Positions 1 through 9,866 of a stretch of DNA of 64,000 nt are shown here, in pieces. The DNA comes from Spirochaetia bacterium (GTDB lineage Bacteria > Spirochaetota > Spirochaetia > CAKZLE01), in NCBI GenBank assembly GCA_963677595.1, contig OY782041.1:1696001-1760000 (forward strand), written 5' to 3'. Made by a program: the position numbers and the translations under genes. Under the pieces are notes generated by a model. That model saw only the letters and a program-made list of their open reading frames with translations, was not told the origin of the DNA and made no database searches. Within the stretch, counting starts at the first letter, position 1, and the number at the start of each line of letters is the position of its first letter.

Positions 1-2
1 GT

Positions 3-1340
3 ATGGGGTTGGTTGACTGGATCAAAAAACATATTGATGAAAAGAATTTTTCCATACTGAGTGATTGGAGCAATCATTGTCGAAAAAATCCAAAAGTTGC
101 AGGGTTAGCACTGTTTGAAGTTATTCAAGAGGAAAATATCCCAATCAATTTAAGTAGAGAGTTATTCTATGCATGGAGTTCCTCGGATGAACTATGCCTC
201 GAAACATGGGAGTGTTTTTCAATAGAAGTATCTGAGTTATTAAAAATTCAACTACAGAATATGTATATTGGAATAGCTCATTGGTTAAATAAGTGTGCAA
301 TGGTTTTAAATAGCAGCAATGAAACCCTTGTAATTAAGATATGTAAAAAAATGCTTAATCTCTCAATTAATTCCGATACAGGAATACAATTAGATGGAGA
401 TCCAATAGACCAGCCTGTAACAGAAGCGATTAATCATCCTATAGGGAAGATTACTGAGGCGATTATAAGTATCTATTTTAAAACCGAAAGAAATGATAAT
501 GAAGGATTACCTGAAGCAATTCGTTTAATTTTTACGAAGCTCTGTAATATTGACAGAAGAGATTATCGTCATGGACGAGTTATATTGGCCTCTCAGGTTA
601 TATCCTTATTTAGAATTGATGGTGATTGGACCAGACAAAATCTTATCCCCTTATTTGATTGGAGTAGAAGCTCAGAGGATTCAAGGTGTGTTTGGGAGGG
701 GTTTTTATGGTCTCCACAAATGTATCTTCCTGTTATTTCATTAATAAAAGAAGATTTAATAAAAACAGTAGAACATTACCAAGAGTTAAATGAATTTGAT
801 CGACAATTTGTTATGTTTATCACTTTCCTTGCATTGGATTATCCTGATGTTTTCTCGAAATCCGAGCTAATATCCACATTCAATAATCTTCCACAGCAGG
901 GTTTGGAAGAATCATTAGACGTAATTTTACAAAGTCTCAAAAGTCATGAAACAAAACCAGAAAAATACTGGGAAGAAAAGGTTAAACCTTTTTGGAGTAA
1001 TTATTGGCCAAAATCAAGAAAAAAAATTAACTCACACATAACAGAGATAGTTGCTCAAATCTGTATAGAATCTAGAGAAGCTTTTCAAGATTCTTATACT
1101 ACATTATCAAATTGGTTAGTCCCATTAGAATATCCAACATATGTTTTAATACAATTGCTAAAATTTGGACATTGCAAAAGATTTCCATACGAATCGCTTA
1201 TGTTAATAGATGCAATAATTGAGACCCCTACTTCTTTGTCATCTAATGAGCTTGAAAAATGTTTAAGCCTTATAAGATCGATAGATTCATCATTAGAAGA
1301 CTCGTCTCAATTTAAAAGATTGAATAATTTAATTCAGTAG
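3..1340 (+). CDS. dsr1: C-terminal part of a Dsr1-like defence-associated sirtuin (gene probably begins upstream of the window)
   Basis: Motifs EAINHPIG, RHGRVILASQ..LFRID..WT, WEGFLWSP, LPQQGLE and YW..KVKPFW...WPKSR match my recollection of the Dsr1 C-terminal region. Markedly AT-rich. The SIR2 domain is not in the window. Confidence 0.7.
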   Translation: MGLVDWIKKHIDEKNFSILSDWSNHCRKNPKVAGLALFEVIQEENIPINLSRELFYAWSSSDELCLETWECFSIEVSELLKIQLQNMYIGIAHWLNKCAMVLNSSNETLVIKICKKMLNLSINSDTGIQLDGDPIDQPVTEAINHPIGKITEAIISIYFKTERNDNEGLPEAIRLIFTKLCNIDRRDYRHGRVILASQVISLFRIDGDWTRQNLIPLFDWSRSSEDSRCVWEGFLWSPQMYLPVISLIKEDLIKTVEHYQELNEFDRQFVMFITFLALDYPDVFSKSELISTFNNLPQQGLEESLDVILQSLKSHETKPEKYWEEKVKPFWSNYWPKSRKKINSHITEIVAQICIESREAFQDSYTTLSNWLVPLEYPTYVLIQLLKFGHCKRFPYESLMLIDAIIETPTSLSSNELEKCLSLIRSIDSSLEDSSQFKRLNNLIQ

Positions 1341-1420
1341 TTCGAAAAACGGGGTATGCAATGTGCAAAATGATGTATCATCTTACTAAAAGATTCCTAT
1401 CGGATTCCCTTTTCCCCTTA

Positions 1421-2717
1421 GGAACTGTGCATAAATAACATAAGCAATATTGATTTCTTTGTCTTCTCATGATAGAATGGTGCATGCTCGATGAGATAAC
1501 GATAAAACGCATACATACCATAGTTCCTCTACTAGATGAGAGTCAGAAACGTAAATATCTTGCAGCTGAGGCTGAGAGTATTGGTCGCGGAGGGATTACC
1601 CAGATCAGTAAAGCGCTTGGTGTTTCTCGTAATACCATTGCTGCCGGGATCAAGGAGATCAGGGAACCTGTTGATCCAAGATCTTCAACCAGGATTCGGA
1701 AGGAAGGTGGTGGCCGCAAGCCAATAGAAGAGACGCAACCTGGCATCACGAAGGCGTTAGAAGCCCTGGTTGCTGACAGCAGTTTCGGTAATCCGGAATC
1801 ACCACTGCTGTGGACGACAAAAAGTCTAAGGAACCTGAGTGACGCCCTCGGTAAACAGGGCTTTCAGGTCTCGTTTTCCAAGGTCAGGCAGATGCTTTCC
1901 GACTTGGGCTACAGCATGCAGCTAAACCAGAAGATGCTGCAGGTCGGGAAGCCCCATCCTGACCGGGATGAGCAATTTCAGCATATCAACGAGATGGCTA
2001 AAGGATTCATAGCAGAAGGGTTACCAGTGATCTCTATTGATTGTAAAAAGAAAGAGCTGGTGGGTAATTTCAAGAATCAGGGTGCAGAGTATGCTAAATC
2101 AGGGAATCCGGTGAAAGTCCTTGATCACGACTTTCCGCTGCCTGATCTTGGGAAGGTTGCACCGTATGGGATCTATGATATAGCGAAGAATGAAGGATTC
2201 ATCAATCTTGGGGTCAGCTCAGACACGGCAAAGTTTGCGGTGAATTCTATCCGGGAATGGTGGGATGAGATGGGCAAAAGTCGGTACCCTTCAGCATCAA
2301 AGCTCTACATCACCGCAGACGGTGGTGGGAGTAACGGGAGCAGGAACAGACTCTGGAAGACCGAACTGCAGGAACTGGCGAATGAAACGGGATTGCAGAT
2401 CTATGTCTCCCATTTCCCACCGGGAACTTCAAAGTGGAATAAGATCGAACATCGAATGTTTAGCTACATCTCAAAGAATTGGAGGGGAAGACCCCTTGAA
2501 ACCCTCCTTGTCATAATCAGTCTGATTGAGTCAACAACGACCGAATCAGGATTGAAGATACAATGCGAATTGGATCAGAACATCTATGAGACAGGGATAA
2601 AGGTATCAGCTGAAGAACTTGAGAGGATCAATATTACGAGGAATGAATTTCATGGAGAATGGAATTACTGCATTGCTCCATCAGAAACATTCGCATAGAT
2701 TATTTATACACAGATCC
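1421..2717 (+). mobile_element. ISAzo13-family insertion sequence, apparently intact
   Basis: Terminal IRs GGAACTGTGCATAAATAA (1421-1438) and TTATTTATACACAGATCC (2700-2717) match at 16/18. 3-bp TSD TTA on both sides. Confidence 0.9.
1469..2698 (+). CDS. ISAzo13-family transposase
   Basis: N-terminal HTH, LLWTTKS, ISIDCKKKELVGNFKN, ITADGGGSNG, HFPPGTSKWNKIEHRMFS, FHGEWNY. Confidence 0.92.
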   Translation: MIEWCMLDEITIKRIHTIVPLLDESQKRKYLAAEAESIGRGGITQISKALGVSRNTIAAGIKEIREPVDPRSSTRIRKEGGGRKPIEETQPGITKALEALVADSSFGNPESPLLWTTKSLRNLSDALGKQGFQVSFSKVRQMLSDLGYSMQLNQKMLQVGKPHPDRDEQFQHINEMAKGFIAEGLPVISIDCKKKELVGNFKNQGAEYAKSGNPVKVLDHDFPLPDLGKVAPYGIYDIAKNEGFINLGVSSDTAKFAVNSIREWWDEMGKSRYPSASKLYITADGGGSNGSRNRLWKTELQELANETGLQIYVSHFPPGTSKWNKIEHRMFSYISKNWRGRPLETLLVIISLIESTTTESGLKIQCELDQNIYETGIKVSAEELERINITRNEFHGEWNYCIAPSETFA

Positions 2718-2725
2718 TTAATCCC

Positions 2726-3847
2726 TCAACTCGTCTCCCCATCCACAAACTCCGCAGATATCTCTATGCGCTTGAATGGGCCTTCCTGGTGGGCACTGTA
2801 GTCCTGGAATAGGTTATACGTCTCTTTGCTTAACTCCATATAGGGATACTTAAACGAGGTGAAGACGATATTTCCCTTAGAGGCGGCAAACTCATCATAA
2901 TCACAGCCTATGATGGCTATGTCTTCCGGTACCCGTATATTCCGCTCCCGCAGGATGGTGAGGAGGGCAAGAGCGTCCTTATCTGACCCGCAGGCATATG
3001 CTGTTGGGCCGTATTTTGTGAGGTCCAGTCTCTTGTGCAGCAGGGTAGGAGCCCGGTCTATGAGCTCAAGGTTCTCATACAGGCTCCCTTCCAGGGTAAT
3101 GTGCTCTTCTGCTACCGGGTGGCCAAGTTTCTCCAGCGTGTCCTTGAATCCCTTCAGCCGGTCAACCATCGTGCTGATCCTGCAGAACCCTGAGAAGAAC
3201 CCGATGGTCCTATGTCCCTTGGAATAGAGGTGCTCGGCTTGCTTCTGCCCGATCCCGTAATTATCGATACCTATATAATTGGAATCTATCCCGTCAATCT
3301 TCCGGTCGAGCAGGATGAGGGGCAGGTTGTTTTGCAACTCCTTTATAATCGCAACATGCCGGTTGGAATACGAGTCGCTCGTTACCAGGACCACCCCTTT
3401 GAGCCCCTCACAACCGGTAGCCAGTAAATTCTTAATAATGGCCTCCTCGAAATCCACATTGTTCTTATGGTTGCGCAGGATCAGGTTTGAACCGTTTTGG
3501 GTAAAGACCGTCTCCATGGCTTCCAGCAGCTTCGAGCCGACATAGTTCCAATAGCTGAAGGGGAGGATGAGCAGGATGTCAGAGCTGTCATTCAGCGGCC
3601 GAAGGTCCTTCTGGAATTCCCTGCAATCCGAGATGATCGTATACCCCTGACGGGTTGCACCTTGTCTTTCTATTATGTGCTCTGACTTCAGGATGTTTAC
3701 AGCAGATACAATAGTCTTCCTGGAATACCCATACACAGATTCCAGCTTGGATATAGAAGGGAACGTGGATCCTACTGGATATCTCTCCTCGAAGATAAGC
3801 TGTTTCAGGAGATCTGCAAATTGGACATATAACGAATCTCTGTTCAT
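2726..3847 (-). CDS. GntR-family regulator with LacI-type sugar-binding domain (AraR-like)
   Basis: GntR wHTH (LYVQFAD..YPVGSTFPS..SRKTI) plus periplasmic-binding-fold C-terminus (RVPEDIAIIGCD). Start moved to MNRDS at 3847. Divergent from the ABC operon. Confidence 0.85.
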   Translation of the reverse strand: MNRDSLYVQFADLLKQLIFEERYPVGSTFPSISKLESVYGYSRKTIVSAVNILKSEHIIERQGATRQGYTIISDCREFQKDLRPLNDSSDILLILPFSYWNYVGSKLLEAMETVFTQNGSNLILRNHKNNVDFEEAIIKNLLATGCEGLKGVVLVTSDSYSNRHVAIIKELQNNLPLILLDRKIDGIDSNYIGIDNYGIGQKQAEHLYSKGHRTIGFFSGFCRISTMVDRLKGFKDTLEKLGHPVAEEHITLEGSLYENLELIDRAPTLLHKRLDLTKYGPTAYACGSDKDALALLTILRERNIRVPEDIAIIGCDYDEFAASKGNIVFTSFKYPYMELSKETYNLFQDYSAHQEGPFKRIEISAEFVDGETS

Positions 3848-3957
3848 ATGTGGTAGTGTACCACTCTTTTTCCGGGAAATCAATAACATGCGCAATTTGG
3901 GTGCATATAATTTAAATATTATACCTCTAAAAGGATCATAAAAAGAACATAAAAAGG

Positions 3958-3985
3958 TTGACAATGACTAAAACCAGGATATAAT
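3958..3985 (+). promoter_or_regulatory. sigma70-type promoter of ABC cluster 1
   Basis: TTGACA-16 bp-TATAAT, followed by RBS AGGAGG before ATG 4005. Confidence 0.7.
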
Positions 3986-4004
3986 AAACCATCAGGAGGA
4001 CGAC

Positions 4005-5285
4005 ATGAAAAAAATCATTGCTGTTTTTATCGTAACGATACTAACTGCGGCAATCTGTTTTGCCGGAGGACAACAGGAAAAAGCAAGTAAACCAGAAGTG
4101 GTGACCTTGAGTGTATCCCATCCATGGTTCGGGGGTGATGCCCATGCACCATTCATGGACTGGGCTTTACAGGATTTTCAGGAAAAATACCCGAACATCA
4201 AGCTGGACATCAACCAAATCCCCCAACAGGAGATTCGCCAGAAAACACGGGCAGATTTCATGGCAGGGGTCGCGTCTGACATCATTCTCTGGTATGGAGG
4301 TGCCGAAGCCTATGATTTCGTCGCGGAGGACCTGCTGTATGATTTGTCATACTTGCTCCAGCCCATGAATGACGGCTTCATCAACGGGTCACTGGAGAAC
4401 GTCACCTTTGGCGGGGAAACCTATGGACTCCCGCTCTGCCAGAATTTCTTCGCATTCTACCTGAATACCGACATCTACGAAGCGTACGGATTCGATTATC
4501 CCAAGACGTATGACCAGCTGCTCGAACAGGTGAAAGCCTTCAAGAAAGACGGGCTGATCCCGATCATGGTTCCCGGAAAGAACCATGGTCTTATCCAGCA
4601 CTTCTATTCCTTCGTCGCGAACATGACGACCAGCAAGGACGACTTCAACGATGCCGCACATAAAGATGGAATCGATTACCTGGATGACGGCTTCGTCAAG
4701 GCTGCCGAAATCATCAAGGAACTCCATGATAATGGGGCATTTGACCCGAACATTGATGGAATCCCCATGGCAAGCGTGGAGGAGATGTTTGCTCGAGGCG
4801 AAGGGGCTATGTACTTTGCCGGTATCTGGCGGGTAGGTGCCTTGCCGAGGGAGATCCGGGACAAGATGCAGCCGATCCTCTTCCCGATCGTGGATGGGTA
4901 TTCCGACGATTCCATGATTGCCACCTCACAGACCGAGATGGCTTGGTTCGCTAACGCTTCCATAGCCAAGGATGACACGAAGAAAGCGGCGGTTGAGAGC
5001 TTTATGGAGTACTTTGCCGATCCCGCAATCAGCCAGATGCATGCCGAACTGACAGACACCATCGTACCGATCCAGAAAGGGGTGAACTTGGAAGCGGCAA
5101 GCCTCGCCGTGCTGGGATCGCAGGAACTGGTCGGGGCATCAGAGCTGCGACCGTTCATGCGCTATTTCCAGACCCCCGCACAGGGTTCCGCAACCAGCGA
5201 GATGACCTGGAACCTGATCAACGGCCGCGGCAGTGTCATGGAAAACATAGCCAAGCTGAATGAAATCCCGTCTAACACGAACTAG
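4005..5285 (+). CDS. Carbohydrate ABC transporter substrate-binding protein
   Basis: Signal peptide ending FAGGQQE, SBP_bac_1-like (YGLP..FYLNTDIYEAYG), followed by two permeases. Confidence 0.88.
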   Translation: MKKIIAVFIVTILTAAICFAGGQQEKASKPEVVTLSVSHPWFGGDAHAPFMDWALQDFQEKYPNIKLDINQIPQQEIRQKTRADFMAGVASDIILWYGGAEAYDFVAEDLLYDLSYLLQPMNDGFINGSLENVTFGGETYGLPLCQNFFAFYLNTDIYEAYGFDYPKTYDQLLEQVKAFKKDGLIPIMVPGKNHGLIQHFYSFVANMTTSKDDFNDAAHKDGIDYLDDGFVKAAEIIKELHDNGAFDPNIDGIPMASVEEMFARGEGAMYFAGIWRVGALPREIRDKMQPILFPIVDGYSDDSMIATSQTEMAWFANASIAKDDTKKAAVESFMEYFADPAISQMHAELTDTIVPIQKGVNLEAASLAVLGSQELVGASELRPFMRYFQTPAQGSATSEMTWNLINGRGSVMENIAKLNEIPSNTN

Positions 5286-5298
5286 TATATACTTACCA

Positions 5299-5330
5299 GC
5301 AGGAAGCAGGGCCTACGCCCTGCCTCCTGC
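5299..5330 (+). terminator. Intergenic stem-loop after the SBP gene (mRNA stabiliser or partial terminator)
   Basis: GCAGGAAGCAGGGC...GCCCTGCCTCCTGC inverted repeat, no strong U-tract. Confidence 0.5.
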
Positions 5331-5366
5331 CCATCTCTGATCTGTAAGGAAGGTTCTGACGTAACC

Positions 5367-6257
5367 ATGAGAAACATACTGCCTCAAAAGAGAAATAATA
5401 TTATCGCCTATCTGACGATGACCATCCCGGCTATGCTCGTCTACAGCCTGATGATCCTGGCTATGCTGCAGACATTCAGGCTTGGCCTCTTCCAATGGAA
5501 CGGTCTGGGAGACCAGCTGTTCGTCGGGTTCCACAACTACGTACGATTGGTCACCGATTTCCGCTTTTTCTATTCATTGCGGAATATCGTGATACTCATC
5601 TCCGTTACCGTCATCTTCCAGGTGGGGCTGGGAATACTCTTTGCCTTCCTTATGGTTGACTACACATTGAAGGGTTCTTCCCTCTTCAAGACCCTTATAT
5701 TCCTGCCGGTAATTATCCCGAATGTTGCGGTCGCGCTGTTCTTTGTCGAGGTCTTTGAATTCCAGTATGGGATCCTGAATTTTGTGAGAGGCCTTCTTGA
5801 CCTGGAAAAGATCAATGTGCTCTCGGGTGGAAACACCACTATCTGGTACGCCGTGTTCCCGCAGACCTGGCAGAATATAGGGCTGATGTTCATCATCGCC
5901 TATACCGGGTTCTCCTCCATGAACACTGACTTCATCGATGCAGCAAAACTCGAGGGACTCTCACTGTACCAGAGACTGGTAAAGCTCTATATCCCGGTTT
6001 CCTGGGACAGTATCAGCACCTGCTTCATCATAGCCTTAGTCGGTCCGCTGAAGGCCTTCGAGCACATTTGGATTATCACGAACGGCGGGGGCGGGGACCA
6101 GAAGACACACATCCCCTCAACGCTGATGTATAAACTGGGATTCAACAATTATGAATATGGGTATGGGTCTGCCATAGGGACCCTGATCTGTATTCTCGCC
6201 GTTGTTCTTGTGCTGGTCTTCCGCCGGCTCACGAAAGCCAAAGAAGGAAATGTATAG
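5367..6257 (+). CDS. Carbohydrate ABC transporter permease
   Basis: Multiple TM segments, EAA-like loop DAAKLEG. Confidence 0.88.
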   Translation: MRNILPQKRNNIIAYLTMTIPAMLVYSLMILAMLQTFRLGLFQWNGLGDQLFVGFHNYVRLVTDFRFFYSLRNIVILISVTVIFQVGLGILFAFLMVDYTLKGSSLFKTLIFLPVIIPNVAVALFFVEVFEFQYGILNFVRGLLDLEKINVLSGGNTTIWYAVFPQTWQNIGLMFIIAYTGFSSMNTDFIDAAKLEGLSLYQRLVKLYIPVSWDSISTCFIIALVGPLKAFEHIWIITNGGGGDQKTHIPSTLMYKLGFNNYEYGYGSAIGTLICILAVVLVLVFRRLTKAKEGNV

Positions 6258-6266
6258 GGTACTTGT

Positions 6267-7097
6267 ATGCAGAAGACGACACGACAACCCGGAGTATGGC
6301 TGGTATATATCCTTATCATCGCATTGATTATTGTCAACTTGTACCCGGTATTCAACCTGACCGTCAATTCCTTCCGGGAACACAGGATCATCATCGGGAA
6401 TCCCATACTGTTTAACGGGTTGACCACAAAGAACTATCCGACGGCCCAGATGCATGCCGACCTGATAAGGGGAATTCTGAATTCCATCCTGATCTCATGT
6501 TCGACCATCGTGATCCTGGTGTTCCTAGCGCTGCTGCTGTCCTATGCACAGACGATCATAGTCAACCGGGTAACCAAGGCAGTCTCATCACTCATCACCA
6601 TCGGGTATTTCATCCCACCGACCGCGATTGTGCTTAACTCTTACCTGATTATCCGGAACATAGGCCTTATCGGGACACGCATCGGACTGATTATCATGTA
6701 TGTCGCGATATACATACCAATATCATTCATGCTCCTTTCAGGGTTCATAAAGATGATACCTGCATCCATCAAGGAATCTGCCACCATCGACGGTGCGGGA
6801 CACTATCGGATCTGTTTCAGCATCATAGCACCGCTGAGCAGCAACATGATCGTCACCCTAGTGATCCTGCTGTTCCTGTGGACCTACCGGGAGTATCTCT
6901 GGCCGATTATCTTCTTGTCCAAACCCGCGCAGCGTCCTGTGGCAGTGGCATTGTCGATGTTTACCACAGACAGGCAGTTTGATTTCGGTGCTTTGAGTGC
7001 AGCTGTAGTCATCACCATCATACCGATCATGAGCCTGTTCATAGTTCTCAAAGAAAAGATCATGGCCGGTGTAGCCGCCGGGGCCATCAAAGGATAA
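6267..7097 (+). CDS. Carbohydrate ABC transporter permease
   Basis: ESATIDGA EAA loop, C-terminal GVAAGAIKG. Confidence 0.88.
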   Translation: MQKTTRQPGVWLVYILIIALIIVNLYPVFNLTVNSFREHRIIIGNPILFNGLTTKNYPTAQMHADLIRGILNSILISCSTIVILVFLALLLSYAQTIIVNRVTKAVSSLITIGYFIPPTAIVLNSYLIIRNIGLIGTRIGLIIMYVAIYIPISFMLLSGFIKMIPASIKESATIDGAGHYRICFSIIAPLSSNMIVTLVILLFLWTYREYLWPIIFLSKPAQRPVAVALSMFTTDRQFDFGALSAAVVITIIPIMSLFIVLKEKIMAGVAAGAIKG

Positions 7098-7105
7098 ATA
7101 TCATA

Positions 7106-7882
7106 ATGGAAACAACCCTACTTGCAGAAAAGATCAGGGAGAGCATCTACCTGATGATACGGGAATCCGGCAAAGGCCATGCCGGTGCTAGTCTCTCTAT
7201 AGCAGATATCCTCGCCGTGCTCTACGGGAGCGTTATGAGGTATGACCCGGTAACCCCCGAATGGGATGAACGCGACCGGTTCGTACTCTCCAAGGGTCAT
7301 GCAGGCATGGCGGTGTATGCCGCCCTTGCTCATTCGGGCTTCTTCCCGGTGGAGGAACTCGACCATTTTGCCGAAATGGGCAGCCCCCTGATGAACCACC
7401 CTGATGCAAAGCGTATCAGGGGTGTAGAATTCAGCACCGGATCTCTTGGCCACGGCCTGTCCATCGCGACTGGGAAGGCATACGCCGCGAAGATGCAGCA
7501 TGCATCCTGGCGGGTGTACAGCATCGTTGGAGATGCCGAATGCCATGAGGGCCAGATCTGGGAGGCGGCAATGTTCGCTGCACACAACAGATTGGGGAAC
7601 CTGACCTGTTTCGTGGACAACAACGGCCTGGGAAACGACGATTACCTCTCAAACACTGTAATGGTTGAACCCCTGGCGGAAAAGTGGGAAAGCTTCGGCT
7701 GGGCATGCAGGACCGTGAACGGGCATGACCATGAGGATCTGAAACAAGCCTGTGAGGAGCTGGCAGCGGTCAGTGACCGTCCCGGCTGCATCATCGCGAA
7801 TACCGTGAAAGGGAAAGGACTTGCCGTTCAGGGGACACCCCAATCGCACTACATCACGCCGAAGGAGCTTGAATATGTCTAG
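7106..7882 (+). CDS. Transketolase N-terminal (ThDP-binding) subunit
   Basis: GHAGASLS, RDRFVLSKGH, STGSLGHGL, GDAE..EGQIWEA ThDP motif. Confidence 0.92.
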   Translation: METTLLAEKIRESIYLMIRESGKGHAGASLSIADILAVLYGSVMRYDPVTPEWDERDRFVLSKGHAGMAVYAALAHSGFFPVEELDHFAEMGSPLMNHPDAKRIRGVEFSTGSLGHGLSIATGKAYAAKMQHASWRVYSIVGDAECHEGQIWEAAMFAAHNRLGNLTCFVDNNGLGNDDYLSNTVMVEPLAEKWESFGWACRTVNGHDHEDLKQACEELAAVSDRPGCIIANTVKGKGLAVQGTPQSHYITPKELEYV

Positions 7883-8876
7883 AACGGACGCAATACAGCT
7901 GGTTGCCGTCGACCAAAAGGACTCTCAGTTGACAGCCTGTGCGAGGCAGCTGGTGGAGCTGATGCATCATGATGAGAAGATACTGGTGCTTGCAGCTGAG
8001 CTGGCCACCTCCTGCAAGCTGCAGCCTGTGGCCGAGGCCTATCCCGAACGGCTGATCAATGTCGGGATTGCCGAGCAGAACCTGGTCTCCCTGGCCGCCG
8101 GCCTGGCCTCGGAAGGTTACCGGCCTTATATCTACTCATTCGCGACATTCCTGAGCATGCGTGCCTGCGAGCAGCTCCGCACCGATGTCTTCTACAACCA
8201 GCAGAACATCAAGATCATGGGGACCCACTCTGGCTTCAGTACCGGACCAGCAGGACCTACCCATTATTCCCTTGAGGATGTCGGTATCATCCGGTCGATG
8301 CCAGAGAGTCGTGTGATTGTCCCCTCTGATACGAGGAGCGCAGCCAAGACCCTCGTGGAGGTCCATGAACACGAATGGCCGGTGTATATTCGACTGGATC
8401 GGAACCCGCCGGCTGATGTGTATGATTCAGAACTCGCAGTTTCCCGATTCAATCCTCTCGGTGTAAATATCCTGAGAGAGGGAACGGACGCTTTTATATT
8501 CTGCTCTGGTACCGTAGTCCATGATGCTCTGACGGCGGCAGAACAGCTAGCCGAGTCCGGCCTTGATGTAGGGGTGATAGACCTCCCGACCGTTAAACCG
8601 CTTGATACTGAAGGGGTGGAGAGAGTCCTGCGTACCGTGAAGTACTGTATGAGTGTTGAGATCCATAATCTCTACGGGGGTATCGGGAGCACGCTCTCGG
8701 AAGTGATCGCCACCAGGGGAATTGACTGCAGGCTGACTATGATCGGTATTGATGATTCCTATCCGAAAGGTGGGCCGGTCGATGAGATAAAAAAAGCATT
8801 GATGTTGGATGAAACTGGGCTGAAACAGCGCGTCAGTGAAGGCATCCGCAAGGGAGAGTATAGGAATGAAGCTTAA
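7875..8876 (+). CDS. Transketolase C-terminal (pyrimidine-binding) subunit
   Basis: NVGIAEQN, FATFLSMRACEQ, GPTHYSLED. Start placed at ATG 7875 after RBS AAGGAG. Confidence 0.9.
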   Translation: MSRTDAIQLVAVDQKDSQLTACARQLVELMHHDEKILVLAAELATSCKLQPVAEAYPERLINVGIAEQNLVSLAAGLASEGYRPYIYSFATFLSMRACEQLRTDVFYNQQNIKIMGTHSGFSTGPAGPTHYSLEDVGIIRSMPESRVIVPSDTRSAAKTLVEVHEHEWPVYIRLDRNPPADVYDSELAVSRFNPLGVNILREGTDAFIFCSGTVVHDALTAAEQLAESGLDVGVIDLPTVKPLDTEGVERVLRTVKYCMSVEIHNLYGGIGSTLSEVIATRGIDCRLTMIGIDDSYPKGGPVDEIKKALMLDETGLKQRVSEGIRKGEYRNEA

Positions 8877-9834
8877 GATCGCAACCATGATGTTCACCTG
8901 GAACGGAGTCGGGGACAGGTTTTTGAAACAGTATTTTAAACCGAAGAAAGCCCAAGATGTCTTTTCAGAAATTTCCGGCTCCGTCATTGGAGGTGTGGAA
9001 CTGCAGTATGGTAACCATGTGAATAATGAGAACCTTCCAGTCATCAAGCAGGAACTTGCCAGGCACAATCTGCAGCCCGTTATCGTCAACACTCCTCTGG
9101 CCGGGAATATTGCCTTCAGGAAAGGCTCGATCACAAGCGATGACCCAGCTGTACGCCGTGAGGCTATTGACTTTATCAAGGGTGCCATGGATGCCAGCAG
9201 GGTACTTGGTTCAAACAAGATCAGCTGCTTCTTCGGGCAGGATGGGTTTGACTACCCGCTTACGACTGATTATGCGAAGATACGAACATACTTTAGGGAA
9301 GCCTTCGTGGAGGTGTGCAACTATGCCCCGGATGTCAAGATCGCGATAGAATACAAGCCGAAAGAACCAAGGTGCAGGCAGTTCCTTGATTCCGCATCCA
9401 AGGTGCTGCTCATGGCGAGTGAGCTTGACCTCCCCAATATGGGACTGCTCCTCGATGTCGGGCATGCCTGGATGGCTGGGGAGAATGTGGGTGAGATCAT
9501 CGAGTTGGCTGCCAGCCAAAACAGGCTCTTCCACATCCACCTGAATGATAACTTCAGGGTGGCTGATGATGACCTGGGTGTGGGGGGTATACACCTGGCC
9601 GAATATATTGAACTGCTCTACTGGCTGGAGAGGGTGTCCTACGATGGTTACGTCTCAATGGACGTCCACAGTCCCCGTGAAATATCGAGGGAGATCATCC
9701 AGGAATCAGCCGAATTCATCAAGCTCCTCTCTGAAAAGATGACCGGACAGACATTGGAAGCCATAGAGGAGCTGCTGGAAACCCGTGACGGGTCAAGATT
9801 GATCCGGTTCATCAGGACTAGCATGTTGTCCTGA
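8866..9834 (+). CDS. Xylose-isomerase-like TIM-barrel sugar isomerase
   Basis: GQDGFDY, IEYKPKEPR, LDVGHA, HIHLNDN..ADDDL metal-ligand motifs. Confidence 0.82.
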   Translation: MKLKIATMMFTWNGVGDRFLKQYFKPKKAQDVFSEISGSVIGGVELQYGNHVNNENLPVIKQELARHNLQPVIVNTPLAGNIAFRKGSITSDDPAVRREAIDFIKGAMDASRVLGSNKISCFFGQDGFDYPLTTDYAKIRTYFREAFVEVCNYAPDVKIAIEYKPKEPRCRQFLDSASKVLLMASELDLPNMGLLLDVGHAWMAGENVGEIIELAASQNRLFHIHLNDNFRVADDDLGVGGIHLAEYIELLYWLERVSYDGYVSMDVHSPREISREIIQESAEFIKLLSEKMTGQTLEAIEELLETRDGSRLIRFIRTSMLS

Positions 9835-9866
9835 GCTTGGACAAGTGAAAACGACAGGAGTGAACC

